The notes under the pieces were generated by a model. It was not told where the DNA came from. It ran no database searches and saw only the letters and a program-made list of their open reading frames with translations. The translations under genes were made by a program, and so were the position numbers. A DNA stretch of 34,330 nt, taken from a virus. Its lineage: Duplodnaviria; Caudoviricetes. The stretch lies in IMG/VR virus record IMGVR_UViG_3300006118_000024, positions 1-34,330 of that record. One strand, 5' to 3'. Within the stretch, counting starts at the first letter, position 1; every line of letters begins with the position of its first letter. This document shows positions 1 to 9,252 of the stretch, in pieces.

Positions 1-17
1 AGGAATTGAAGCTAGAG
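1..17. repeat. 17-bp terminal direct repeat (circular assembly overlap), copy 1
   Basis: aggaattgaagctagag at 1-17 is identical to 34314-34330; an ORF reads in frame across the join. Confidence 0.95.
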
Positions 18-280
18 GCGGTGTTGGCGCGGCTCAATACCAAGCGCAAATTGAAGGATTACGTCAACAATTGCTTAATCAACAATATCAATTGGGTCTT
101 CAAATTTCTAACATTGGAGATTCTATTGCTACTGGCGCAATTAAAACAGGTATGCAAGCCGACCAATACGTTAATCAGCTCACAAGTAACTACTTTACTA
201 ACATTGCTAGAACAGCAATGGGTTCAGCTCCGCAAGTGGCTCAATCAACTATTCCTTCTAATTATGGAGTATCTGCATAA
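1..280 (+). CDS. C-terminal part of the junction-spanning internal virion/ejection protein (starts at 33502; 363 aa in total)
   Basis: The frame of 33502 continues through the overlap (EARGGVGAAQYQAQIEGLRQQLLNQQ...) into listed ORF 71..280; stop TAA overlaps the next ATG. Confidence 0.85.
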   Translation, partial: GIEARGGVGAAQYQAQIEGLRQQLLNQQYQLGLQISNIGDSIATGAIKTGMQADQYVNQLTSNYFTNIARTAMGSAPQVAQSTIPSNYGVSA

Positions 281-1926
281 TGGCTTTAGACCTTGGGACA
301 AGTTCATCTAACATTGGTGACATGACTCCTGCCGTTTTACAAGGCAAGGATAATGTTGGCGCACAGTATCTACAAGCAATGCAACCAGCAAAAGCTGAAG
401 AACGCCGCTTGGCTGCTGAAAGCGGTAAGTTTGAAGGTCAACAAGCGCAATTTAAAGCTCAAAATGAAGCTGAGTTAGCCCAAGCTACAGCATTGGCTTC
501 ACAAAAAGAAGCACAGCAAATAAAAGATAGTCCCGTTAGAGCGCAGCTTCAAGAAGTTGATAAAGAGTTAATGACTAAAGAGTTCATTCCGACTAAAGAA
601 AACGCGAAAGATTTAGCGACTTTATTTAGTTTGATTAATGTCATTGGATTTGCGATTGGTGCTGGCGGTAAGGGTCATGCACAAGCAGCCATGTCAGCTA
701 TGAACGGTATGCTTGAAGGTCATCAAAAAGGTCGTGATGATTTATACAAAAAAGAGAAAGATGCTTTTGAAACAAGCATGAAGACTCTTAAAACAAAATC
801 AGAGTTATTGCACAACCGATTAAAAGAAGATATGGAAATTTATGCAAAAGACCGTGAAGCTGGAATTAACAATGCTCGCGCTCACATTGCTGAAGCTGGA
901 GCGACTTTTATCGGTCAAAATCTTGAAAAATATGGATTGCCAACGGCGTTTAAATTGGCTGGGGAAAATGTAGCAGATGTAGGAAAAGCCTTTGAATTGG
1001 TGCAAAAAGATAAAGATGAAGTTGCTAAACGAAAAATGGAATATGCAAGACTTAATGAGCAAGCTACTGATTTCTATACTGCTTCTGATGGCAAAGTATA
1101 TTCAATCAACAAATTAGTTGACCTTAAAAAGCAATTGCCAGAAGGCGTTTCTATTGTGTCTAAAGTTGGCACTCCTGGACGTACTGGCGTTGGTGGCGTT
1201 GGCGCTGTTCAGTTCCGTTACAATGCGGCTGAAACATTAGCGGCTAACTCACTTGGTATGGAATTAGAAAACTTAACTCAATCTCCATTACTTGCTTCTC
1301 CTCCAGTGTTTCAATCAGCTATTTCAAATCCTGGGCATGGCATTAATAAAGACGTTGTTAGTGCGGCAACATCTGGACTTACGGATGCTGAAAACAGAGC
1401 TTTCCAACAGGTTAAAGCTGGCGTTACCCGTGCTGAAACAACATTGTATGCTGGTGGTCGTCCAGGTGGCGCGACACAACAAGCCTATGAAGAAATGGAC
1501 AAGCAAGCTCCTCAAGCTGGTGATTCTCGTATTAACTTCTACTTATGGCTTGGTTTAGTAAAACAAACCGTAACTCTTGCAGAAAAAGATTTAAGAGCTG
1601 CTGGGGGTTCTCCAGAGCAAATGGCTCAAGTAGCAGCAGTAAAAGAAAAAGTAGAAAAAATAATTCCGTATTCAGTGCAAGACGTTAATAGAATATTGGT
1701 TGGTGTTGGTGGAAAAACATTAGTTGACGATAAGGTCACTAAACTGTTACAAACATCAAAAAATGTAAATCAATTTGAAACTGACGTTCAAAAATATGGT
1801 GGATTAGCTCAATTTAAAGATGAAGCCGCAGCATTAAAAGCGCTGAAAGACGGAAAGATTGAGCGAGGACAAAACATTATTGTTGGCGGTAAGCCAGCGA
1901 GTTTCCCATTAGCTGAAGGACAATAA
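280..1926 (+). CDS. Probable internal virion (DNA ejection) protein, 548 aa
   Basis: Ala/Gln/Lys-rich helical protein with one hydrophobic Gly-rich segment (LATLFSLINVIGFAIGAGG); lies in the ejection-gene cluster after the tail genes. Confidence 0.65.
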   Translation: MALDLGTSSSNIGDMTPAVLQGKDNVGAQYLQAMQPAKAEERRLAAESGKFEGQQAQFKAQNEAELAQATALASQKEAQQIKDSPVRAQLQEVDKELMTKEFIPTKENAKDLATLFSLINVIGFAIGAGGKGHAQAAMSAMNGMLEGHQKGRDDLYKKEKDAFETSMKTLKTKSELLHNRLKEDMEIYAKDREAGINNARAHIAEAGATFIGQNLEKYGLPTAFKLAGENVADVGKAFELVQKDKDEVAKRKMEYARLNEQATDFYTASDGKVYSINKLVDLKKQLPEGVSIVSKVGTPGRTGVGGVGAVQFRYNAAETLAANSLGMELENLTQSPLLASPPVFQSAISNPGHGINKDVVSAATSGLTDAENRAFQQVKAGVTRAETTLYAGGRPGGATQQAYEEMDKQAPQAGDSRINFYLWLGLVKQTVTLAEKDLRAAGGSPEQMAQVAAVKEKVEKIIPYSVQDVNRILVGVGGKTLVDDKVTKLLQTSKNVNQFETDVQKYGGLAQFKDEAAALKALKDGKIERGQNIIVGGKPASFPLAEGQ

Positions 1927-1927
1927 A

Positions 1928-4348
1928 ATGGCAGAGCCACAACTTGTTTATCACGATACTAAAAGCGATAGTTCATCTGGTCTTCAATACCATGATGCAA
2001 ATACGCCTGTAGCTACATCAAGTGGTAAAGAGTCTGGTTATGACATTGCAAAAGATACAGCCGTAAGCACTGGATTAGGTGCTGGGATTGGCGCTCTCAC
2101 TCCAGAGCTTTTAACTGGCGCTGGTATGGCTTTAGAAGCTGGTGCGCCGCTTGCTGGTCCATTTGCTCCTGCTGCTGAATTTTTAGGCATGGGGCTAACT
2201 GCTGGTGGTCAAGCCGCCCGTGGCGCTAGAGGTGCTGAAGCCTTAACTACTGGATTAATTTCTGGTGCATCTACATTAGGTGGCAAAGTAACTCCTCGTC
2301 CAGAAACGCCTGTATCTATTCCTGGCACTCCTTTTGCTGTTCCTAGAGGTTCATTAGTTGAAAACACTATTGGGTTTGGCGCTCCTCTTGTTGGTGCTGG
2401 GGCAAAATCATTAATTACTCACGCTCCTGTCATTAAAGATGCGGTAGATTTTTTTAAAAAACAAGGAAGTAAAAGTGATTATGCTGAAGCCGCTACACGC
2501 GAATTGGCTAACTTTAGAAATACAGACAAGTTCAATAATCTTTTTCAGTTCAATAGACCAAGCGTTCGTTTATCTGAGCAGGAAACTCAATCTTATCGTG
2601 ACTTGTTTTCTACGTTGCAAAAGAAAGATGAAGCTACTCAAAGCGCAGTGCTAGGTAGCATTTCTACTGCTCAAAAAAATGCTGATGCAATTAGGCAAGA
2701 TGCAGCATTACGCGCTCAAAAAGTATTGCAAACAAACAAGTTACAAGCCCAAGTCATTATGGATGAAGGCGATAGAAAAGCTAAAGAGATTATTGATAAA
2801 GCGGTAACTGACGCATCTAAAAAGTTAGGCATTGCTCGGAGAGCTGAGTCTGCTGGTAGAAAAGCATCTGGCGCATCTGGCATTACTTACAGCGCTATTG
2901 GTGACGCTAATGTTACTCAAGCGCAAAGCGGTCAAAGATTGCAGGGACTTGTTGTGGATAACTTGTCCAAAGAGGAAGCGGCTATTTCTGGCGAATACAG
3001 ACGCGCTAGAGAATTAATCAATCAAAAAGTAAAAGCCAAAGAAGCTCAAGGCATTAGTATTTACTCTACTAAAGCATACAAAGACCTTGAAGACTATCTG
3101 AACAAACAGTTAATCAAAGGCAAATATAAAGAAACTACTCAATTTGCTCCTGTTACTGAACCTGGACTTCGCGGCGTTTACGAAAAAATTGAAAAAGCTA
3201 TTAAAGAGCAAAAAATATTTGATGGCATAGATGCTCAAGGCAATCCTGTATTCCGTGACGTTCCAACATCTTTTGACGCGATTGACCATGTAAGACGTAA
3301 AGTTGGTGAAGTATTTAATGGAAAAGAAGTTGAAGGCTATGACGGGCTATTGCATGAACAAGCTAGAGATTTGTATGGCGCACTTCGTAGGATTCAAACT
3401 GAATACACGGACGGTGAATACGCAAAAGTTTTAGAAAACTATGCCGAAGGTAAAGGTGCTGTTAATCAGTACGGTATTCCTGTTGGTAAAAAGATTACTA
3501 AGACCGATACGCTTAATCCAGAATATTTGACGTATGACCCATCTAGTCTTCCAGGTGAGTTTTTTTCTACTCGTAAAAAAGTTCAAGATTTACTTAACTT
3601 AGTTAAAGACCCTGCTTTAGTTGAGCAAGAGGCTGGTAACTTTGTGGCTAGACAGTTAAAAGATAAAGATGCAAAGGCGGTTGAAAAATATGCTTATGAC
3701 AATAAAGAATGGTTGGATTTATTCCCAACGCTTCAAGCCAAGATTAAAACTCATTCTGACGCATTAACACGGGCTGGTAGTGTTGTGCCTAAGACAACAA
3801 GCCTAGCTGAGTCACTACGCACTGACGTTAAAGCATTGCCTGGGGTGTCTGAAAAAGAAGCAGCAAAAGCTAGAACAGATGCAGCAAAAGCCGCTAAAGA
3901 GTCTGAAGACAAAGCTAGAAAAGAAGCTAAAGACATTATTAAAGAAGGTGAAGCAAAAGCAAAACAATTGTCAGCTTCAGCCGCTAAAGCTAAATCATTA
4001 CTTGGCACTGGCGACCCAGTAAAAGAAATTGAAAGATTGATTACTGGCGGTCAGACACAGCGATTAGAACAACTTGCACCATTGATTAAAGAAGACCCAG
4101 AATCAATGCGTCAATTTAATGAAGCGCTACGCATTACACTATCAAGAGAAAATCCTGCTGGTATTTATGACAAGTGGGAAAGAACAATCAAGCCAGCACT
4201 ATTAAACACTGGTTTAATTGAACGTAGTGAAGCGGAGAGCATTTCAAAACGGATTGGAATGGTTCAGTATATGCTTGCACCAAATGAAGCGGTACAGACG
4301 ATGATTTCAATGATTAGGCAGGGGATGACGGCAGCAGCAGTTAGATAA
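1928..4348 (+). CDS. Probable large internal virion (DNA ejection) protein, 806 aa
   Basis: Gly/Ala-rich membrane-like N-terminal region followed by long coiled-coil segments; last and largest gene of the cluster, as in podoviruses. Confidence 0.65.
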   Translation: MAEPQLVYHDTKSDSSSGLQYHDANTPVATSSGKESGYDIAKDTAVSTGLGAGIGALTPELLTGAGMALEAGAPLAGPFAPAAEFLGMGLTAGGQAARGARGAEALTTGLISGASTLGGKVTPRPETPVSIPGTPFAVPRGSLVENTIGFGAPLVGAGAKSLITHAPVIKDAVDFFKKQGSKSDYAEAATRELANFRNTDKFNNLFQFNRPSVRLSEQETQSYRDLFSTLQKKDEATQSAVLGSISTAQKNADAIRQDAALRAQKVLQTNKLQAQVIMDEGDRKAKEIIDKAVTDASKKLGIARRAESAGRKASGASGITYSAIGDANVTQAQSGQRLQGLVVDNLSKEEAAISGEYRRARELINQKVKAKEAQGISIYSTKAYKDLEDYLNKQLIKGKYKETTQFAPVTEPGLRGVYEKIEKAIKEQKIFDGIDAQGNPVFRDVPTSFDAIDHVRRKVGEVFNGKEVEGYDGLLHEQARDLYGALRRIQTEYTDGEYAKVLENYAEGKGAVNQYGIPVGKKITKTDTLNPEYLTYDPSSLPGEFFSTRKKVQDLLNLVKDPALVEQEAGNFVARQLKDKDAKAVEKYAYDNKEWLDLFPTLQAKIKTHSDALTRAGSVVPKTTSLAESLRTDVKALPGVSEKEAAKARTDAAKAAKESEDKARKEAKDIIKEGEAKAKQLSASAAKAKSLLGTGDPVKEIERLITGGQTQRLEQLAPLIKEDPESMRQFNEALRITLSRENPAGIYDKWERTIKPALLNTGLIERSEAESISKRIGMVQYMLAPNEAVQTMISMIRQGMTAAAVR

Positions 4349-4358
4349 GGAGAGCAAC

Positions 4359-4508
4359 ATGGCAGAATCAAAAGAAGCAAGAGGCGAAAGAGAAGGCGGA
4401 GAAAACGAAGCAATGGGTTCTAAAGAAGCTCAAAGCTATCTATATCCTCGTCACGGAAAAAAACCTCAAAGAGAAGCAAAAAAATCTGGTCGTAAGGCAA
4501 AACGCTAA
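4359..4508 (+). CDS. 49-aa protein with acidic N-half and basic C-tail (not in ORF track)
   Basis: AAGGAG RBS; MAESKEARGEREGGENEAMGSKEAQSYLYPRHGKKPQREAKKSGRKAKR; TAATG coupling to the next gene. Confidence 0.8.
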   Translation: MAESKEARGEREGGENEAMGSKEAQSYLYPRHGKKPQREAKKSGRKAKR

Positions 4509-4705
4509 TGGCTAAGAAGGATAAGGGGATAAATCCAGCGCTTGAAGAAGCGATTGGTAAGTTATTAAAAGAAGTTATGTCAGACCCAATGGCAAGTATT
4601 ACGGACAAATCTAAAGTGATAGACCGTGCTTTAAAGTTAGAAGCTATTAAGATGAAGATGCAGGATGACGAATGGGGCAGTGGCTTTACAGATGACGAGG
4701 AATAA
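4508..4705 (+). CDS. Hypothetical protein, 65 aa
   Basis: Translationally coupled ORF; helical, with acidic C-terminus. Confidence 0.75.
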   Translation: MAKKDKGINPALEEAIGKLLKEVMSDPMASITDKSKVIDRALKLEAIKMKMQDDEWGSGFTDDEE

Positions 4706-4742
4706 AGGTAGTATATGATTGTCATTAATTTAGGGGATAATC

Positions 4743-4964
4743 ATGGACACAACTTTATTGAAAGTAGTGCGTATCGCACTAGAAATTATATCAGACCGCT
4801 TGTTGACTATATTGATGTTGATAATGTCCTTTGCTCTGGCTTGGTACACAATAGTGCAGCCAGACTTAATAAGGTTCGGGACAATGGCATTTTTCTCAAC
4901 TTTCGGTTATTTTGTCGTAACCATTAAAGAAAAACGTAGCGTAACTCAAGATACAGGAGATTGA
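4743..4964 (+). CDS. Small membrane protein (2 TM), possibly holin-like
   Basis: AGGGGA RBS; two hydrophobic segments and a charged C-tail. Confidence 0.6.
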   Translation: MDTTLLKVVRIALEIISDRLLTILMLIMSFALAWYTIVQPDLIRFGTMAFFSTFGYFVVTIKEKRSVTQDTGD

Positions 4965-4965
4965 A

Positions 4966-7551
4966 ATGCCAGATACCATGCAGATTATACCTAAAGAGGA
5001 GCAATTAGACGCGGTAGCTAAAATCCGTGTTTCATCTCCACAATCATTAATTGATACCGACTTTGAGTATGGTTTGCAGCCAACAAAGTGGGAGTTCATC
5101 AATATGACGAACAACCGCCCAACGGCATTTTACAATCCAACCACACCATTAACTAACGTCAATGCGATTACAACAACTGGTCAAGTTGTTACTATTGGTA
5201 CTTCATCAACTCCTACGGTTTCTGTCGGTCAGCCTATTTATGTGCAAGGTGCAACTAACTCTAACATTAATGGTTGGTTCTTAGTAGCAACTACGGCATC
5301 TAACTTAATCACATACAATTTAAATCCAGGTATTTCAGTCACGCCAGGTTCTTATTACGACACCACTAAGACTTATATATATGGCGGAACATTTTATACG
5401 GGTGCTGGTATTCCTGTATCTACTACTGCTGGTGCAGCCTTTACTAACTCTGGAACAACAGTGACAGGCACAACAACTTACAATCATGGCTTATCTGTAG
5501 GTAACGTTATTTATGTTGTAGGGACAACTGCTACAACCAACGCTCCTAACGGGACATGGATTGTATCTGCCATTCCAACAGCAAATACATTTCAATTTAC
5601 AGTTAATACTGCGCCTACGGGGACAATTACTGCGGCTGGTGCAACTACATCACTTTATAATACGCCAAACGGATTTACTGTTCATCGTCCTTATGATGGT
5701 GGTGTGCAATTCTCTGCTGGTTCTGGTTCGCCTAATGCACAAATTATTCGTCAGACAAGACGTTACTTCCGTTACCAATCTGGTAAAGCGTTGCAAATGT
5801 CCACTGGCTCAATTATGTGTAATGCAATGTATGTAGATACTATTACCTCATCTGGAATTGTTGGAACATTATCAACTAAATTTCCTCACAACATGACCGT
5901 TGGTTCATTCATCAAAATTACTGGATGTGACCAAGCGCAATACAATGGTGTTTTTCAAGTTCAAAGTATTCCATCAATTACAAGTTTAACTTTTAATACT
6001 AATGGTGTGCCAACAGCAACGACAGCAACAGGCTTCCCTATTTTTGCAAGTTCATACACTTGGTATGGAATGTCACACCGCGTAGGTATTTTTGATACGC
6101 AAAACGGGTTGTTTTTTGAATATGATGGTCAAACATTGTATGCAGTGCGCCGTCAAAGTACCCAGCAAATTTCTGGTACGCTTGCTGTAACAAGTGGCTC
6201 TAACGTAGTCACTGGAACAGGTACTTTCTTTGCAAATCAACTATCGCCAAACAGTTATATCGTTATTCGTGGACAAACTTATCGAGTAACATCTATTTCA
6301 AGCCAAACATCACTTACTATTGCACCAGAATATCGCGCGGCAACTGCATCAAGTCTTGTTGGAAGTTTGACAATTGAAACTAGATTTCCTCAGTCAAAAT
6401 GGAATATTGACCCATGTGACGGTACTGGTCCTTCTGGTTACAAACTTGATATCACTAAAAACCAGATGTGGTATATCGATTACTCTTGGTATGGCGCTGG
6501 TTTCATTCGCTATGGTGTAAGAACAACTAATGGCACTGTGACTTATTGCCATAAAGTTCCAAACAACAACGTATATACTGAAGCATGGATGCGTTCTGGT
6601 AACTTGCCAGCGCACTATGAATCTTTTGCTATACAGCCAATAACAACAATCACTGCCAGTGTTGGCGCTGCGGATACAACAATCAACGTAGCAAGCACAT
6701 TTAACTTCCCGCCAAGCGGATACATTAAAGTAACTGCACCAGGCAATACGGGTGCTGTGGAATACATCACCTACACAGGGATTACTTCCACTTCATTTAC
6801 AGGCTGTGGTCGTGCAACTGGGTATGGTACAAACGGCAGTGCGTTTACTTTCTCTGCAACTGCGCCAGTATCAGTAGAATTAGCTGCGGCTTTAAACGGA
6901 ACGCCTAATACAACATTCGGTCAAGGTTGTCCTGCTGGTTCTATGTCACACTGGGGGACTTCAGTGGTGATGGACGGTGGTTTCAACAATGACTTGTTAT
7001 TCAGCTTTACTGGCGGTCTTTCTACTGCTCTAGCTGTAGCTGGTGGTGCAACCAACGCCATTATTAGCTTACGACTCGGACCGTCTGTTGATACTGGTTT
7101 GACTGGTGTTTTAGGTGCGCGTGAAATTATTAATCGTATGCAATTAAAACTTCAAACACTGCGTATTTTATCAACTGGTGTCTTCCAAATCAGTGTGTAT
7201 TTAAATGGTCAACCTGCATCTGGTACATTTGCTCCAGTGGGCGGTTCTAGTTTGTCGCAAATTGCTTACCATGCTTCGGCAACAACATTCTCTGGTGGTG
7301 AGTCAATTTACTCTTTCTACACTAACAACGCTGGTGGTACGGCTAACTCAACATTGACTGAGGAAGACTTAACTAACGTGCGTGATTTAGGTAATGCAAT
7401 TTTAGGTGGTGGTATCAATAATACTGTGCCAACAACTCCAAATGGCGTTTACCCAGATGGTCCAGATATTGTAACAATCGTGGCAACTAACTTAACAGGT
7501 ACATCAGCTAATATCACTGCTCTAGTAGCGTGGACTGAAGCACAAGCATAA
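4966..7551 (+). CDS. Large Thr/Gly-rich beta-structured virion protein (fibre/appendage-like), 861 aa
   Basis: AGGAG RBS; repeated T..HGL.VG..I.V.G....NG.W.V beta modules; RVSSPQSLIDTDFEYG, RQTRRYFRYQSGK and WYGAG motifs recalled from aquatic phage structural proteins. Confidence 0.6.
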   Translation: MPDTMQIIPKEEQLDAVAKIRVSSPQSLIDTDFEYGLQPTKWEFINMTNNRPTAFYNPTTPLTNVNAITTTGQVVTIGTSSTPTVSVGQPIYVQGATNSNINGWFLVATTASNLITYNLNPGISVTPGSYYDTTKTYIYGGTFYTGAGIPVSTTAGAAFTNSGTTVTGTTTYNHGLSVGNVIYVVGTTATTNAPNGTWIVSAIPTANTFQFTVNTAPTGTITAAGATTSLYNTPNGFTVHRPYDGGVQFSAGSGSPNAQIIRQTRRYFRYQSGKALQMSTGSIMCNAMYVDTITSSGIVGTLSTKFPHNMTVGSFIKITGCDQAQYNGVFQVQSIPSITSLTFNTNGVPTATTATGFPIFASSYTWYGMSHRVGIFDTQNGLFFEYDGQTLYAVRRQSTQQISGTLAVTSGSNVVTGTGTFFANQLSPNSYIVIRGQTYRVTSISSQTSLTIAPEYRAATASSLVGSLTIETRFPQSKWNIDPCDGTGPSGYKLDITKNQMWYIDYSWYGAGFIRYGVRTTNGTVTYCHKVPNNNVYTEAWMRSGNLPAHYESFAIQPITTITASVGAADTTINVASTFNFPPSGYIKVTAPGNTGAVEYITYTGITSTSFTGCGRATGYGTNGSAFTFSATAPVSVELAAALNGTPNTTFGQGCPAGSMSHWGTSVVMDGGFNNDLLFSFTGGLSTALAVAGGATNAIISLRLGPSVDTGLTGVLGAREIINRMQLKLQTLRILSTGVFQISVYLNGQPASGTFAPVGGSSLSQIAYHASATTFSGGESIYSFYTNNAGGTANSTLTEEDLTNVRDLGNAILGGGINNTVPTTPNGVYPDGPDIVTIVATNLTGTSANITALVAWTEAQA

Positions 7552-7561
7552 GGAGATTAAA

Positions 7562-7759
7562 ATGTTAGAAAAAGTTAAAAAGATTGAACCAAGCGAAATT
7601 AACTCAATCCGTCCAGAAACAGTGCAAGATACTTATGGCAAGGGTGAGCGTTACAAAACTGGCACTATGCCAAAAGGCGGATTTCAATCTGTGTGGAGTT
7701 GGGGTGATACTGACATTCATAACTCACCGACTCAAAAGCCTGGTAAGAAAGTTTATTAA
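7562..7759 (+). CDS. Hypothetical protein, 65 aa
   Basis: AAGGAG RBS; in operon. Confidence 0.75.
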   Translation: MLEKVKKIEPSEINSIRPETVQDTYGKGERYKTGTMPKGGFQSVWSWGDTDIHNSPTQKPGKKVY

Positions 7760-7774
7760 ACATAAGGAGTAATT

Positions 7775-8089
7775 ATGAATAAAATATTTGCTGCTTTTCA
7801 AGTGTTCAAAAAAGGTCAATGTGTCGCTAACCCTACAGCATGGAAGGACGGTCAAATCACTGTTGCTGTGCTGTCTGGGTTGTTTGGCGCATTGGTTGGC
7901 TTGGCTAAGGCTTTCAACATTGACATTCCTCTTACTGACGACCAATTGGCTACTATTGCTGGTGCTGTGCTTGCTGTTACAGGCTTGTTCATTCATCCAG
8001 CCGTCACCATTGCAAGCTCAGACAAAATTGGATTGCCAGCCAGCGATGCAACTAATGACGAAGGAAACTCGCCAATCCCAGGTCACTGA
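7775..8089 (+). CDS. Putative holin / lysis membrane protein
   Basis: AAGGAG RBS; two TM segments; upstream of the endolysin. Confidence 0.6.
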   Translation: MNKIFAAFQVFKKGQCVANPTAWKDGQITVAVLSGLFGALVGLAKAFNIDIPLTDDQLATIAGAVLAVTGLFIHPAVTIASSDKIGLPASDATNDEGNSPIPGH

Positions 8090-8144
8090 GGGTTGGTTGG
8101 GTCGAATTGACGGCGTATTTTTTAAAATAACTTGTAGGAACTAA
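7920..8144 (+). CDS. Candidate nested lipoprotein (o-spanin-like); start codon uncertain
   Basis: +1 frame inside 7775..8089 has a hydrophobic stretch ending in lipobox LQAC; its stop lies 1 nt before the 8146 start. Confidence 0.4.
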   Translation: MTFLLLTTNWLLLLVLCLLLQACSFIQPSPLQAQTKLDCQPAMQLMTKETRQSQVTEGWLGRIDGVFFKITCRN

Positions 8145-8145
8145 A

Positions 8146-8427
8146 ATGATTAATTCTTTTATATTGGCAATTCTTTCTCATGCTGTTCAAGCGATTATCG
8201 GTTCTGGCGTGTTTGCTGAAATTGAAAATCTTGTTCAAATTGAATTATCTAACGACAAGCCTGGTGCAGAGAAAGCGGCTTCAGTAAAAGCTAGTCTTAA
8301 TGCTATCAAAGGTGATGTAGGTGATGCGGCTCGTAATACTGCTGGTTGGGCTATAAACCTTGGTATTGAAACTGCTGTAGCGCAAGTAAATACTAAATTA
8401 GGTATTCCAGTTAAAACGGGCGCTTAA
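8146..8427 (+). CDS. Hypothetical lysis-cassette protein, 93 aa
   Basis: AGGA RBS; hydrophobic N-terminus; TAATG-coupled to the endolysin. Confidence 0.65.
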   Translation: MINSFILAILSHAVQAIIGSGVFAEIENLVQIELSNDKPGAEKAASVKASLNAIKGDVGDAARNTAGWAINLGIETAVAQVNTKLGIPVKTGA

Positions 8428-8861
8428 TGCAACTTAGCGAGCATTTTACTTTAGAGGAGCTGACATTTTCTGAAATGGCTATCCGTCATGGATTTAATAA
8501 TACGCCATCCCCAGAAGTGTTAGATAACCTTAAAGTATTGGCTAGTCATTTAGAGGACGTAAGAAATGTTCTTGGCAATCCTATTCGTGTTAGTAGTGGG
8601 TATCGCTCTCCCGTGGTCAATAGTCTTGTGGGCAGCAAACCTTCCAGCGCCCATGTTAAAGGTTTGGCGGCGGACTTTACTTGTCCAGATTTCGGTAGTG
8701 TTCGTGATATTGTCCATGCCATTATTGGGTCTGATATACAATACGACCAGGTTATTTATGAATTTAATAGTTGGTGTCACATCGGCTTCGCTGAAACTGG
8801 CAAAACGCCTCGCTTGCAAAGATTAATTATTGACCATGACGGAACAAGGAATTTTTCTTAA
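8427..8861 (+). CDS. Endolysin, Zn peptidase M15A family
   Basis: LSEHFTLEE N-terminus; SGYR.P.VN..VG...SSAH..GLAAD and WCH zinc-ligand motifs. Confidence 0.9.
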   Translation: MQLSEHFTLEELTFSEMAIRHGFNNTPSPEVLDNLKVLASHLEDVRNVLGNPIRVSSGYRSPVVNSLVGSKPSSAHVKGLAADFTCPDFGSVRDIVHAIIGSDIQYDQVIYEFNSWCHIGFAETGKTPRLQRLIIDHDGTRNFS

Positions 8862-9097
8862 TGACTACAAAGAGAAAAGTAAAACTGTCTGTAGGTAGGG
8901 GAGAGAAGTTACCAGCATCTAAAGGCGCTGGATTAACTGCTAAAGGTAGAGCAAAGCACAATCGCGCTACTGGCTCTAAATTGAAAGCCCCAACGAAAGA
9001 TACTAAGAACCCTCGTCATAAATCTTTCTGTGCTAGAAGTAAAAGCTGGAAAGGTGAACGTGGTAAAGCAGCTAGAAGAAGATGGGGTTGTAGATGA
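8861..9097 (+). CDS. Very basic small protein, 78 aa
   Basis: Lys/Arg-rich; GLTAKGRAK..RATGSKLKAP and SFCAR motifs; coupled to the endolysin stop. Confidence 0.8.
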   Translation: MTTKRKVKLSVGRGEKLPASKGAGLTAKGRAKHNRATGSKLKAPTKDTKNPRHKSFCARSKSWKGERGKAARRRWGCR

Positions 9098-9252
9098 AAA
9101 AGAAAAAAGGTTTATACGCTAATATTCACGCAAAACGTGAACGTATTAGAAAAGGAAGCGGAGAAAAAATGAGAACGCCAGGAAGTAAAGGCGCTCCCAC
9201 TGCTTCAGCATTTCGTAAGTCTAAAAAGACAGCTAGAAAAACTAGACGTTAG
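9094..9252 (+). CDS. Very basic 52-aa protein (not in ORF track)
   Basis: ATGA overlap with the previous gene; MKKKKGLYANIHAKRERIRKGSGEKMRTPGSKGAPTASAFRKSKKTARKTRR. Confidence 0.8.
   Translation: MKKKKGLYANIHAKRERIRKGSGEKMRTPGSKGAPTASAFRKSKKTARKTRR

Noticed and set aside
1-17. 17-bp terminal repeat as a biological terminal repeat or att site
   Set aside because: It falls inside a continuous ORF and no integrase is present; assembly overlap explains it best.
6-311. ORFs 6..311 and 71..280 as independent genes
   Set aside because: 6..311 is a shadow frame; 71..280 is the C-terminus of the gene starting at 33502.
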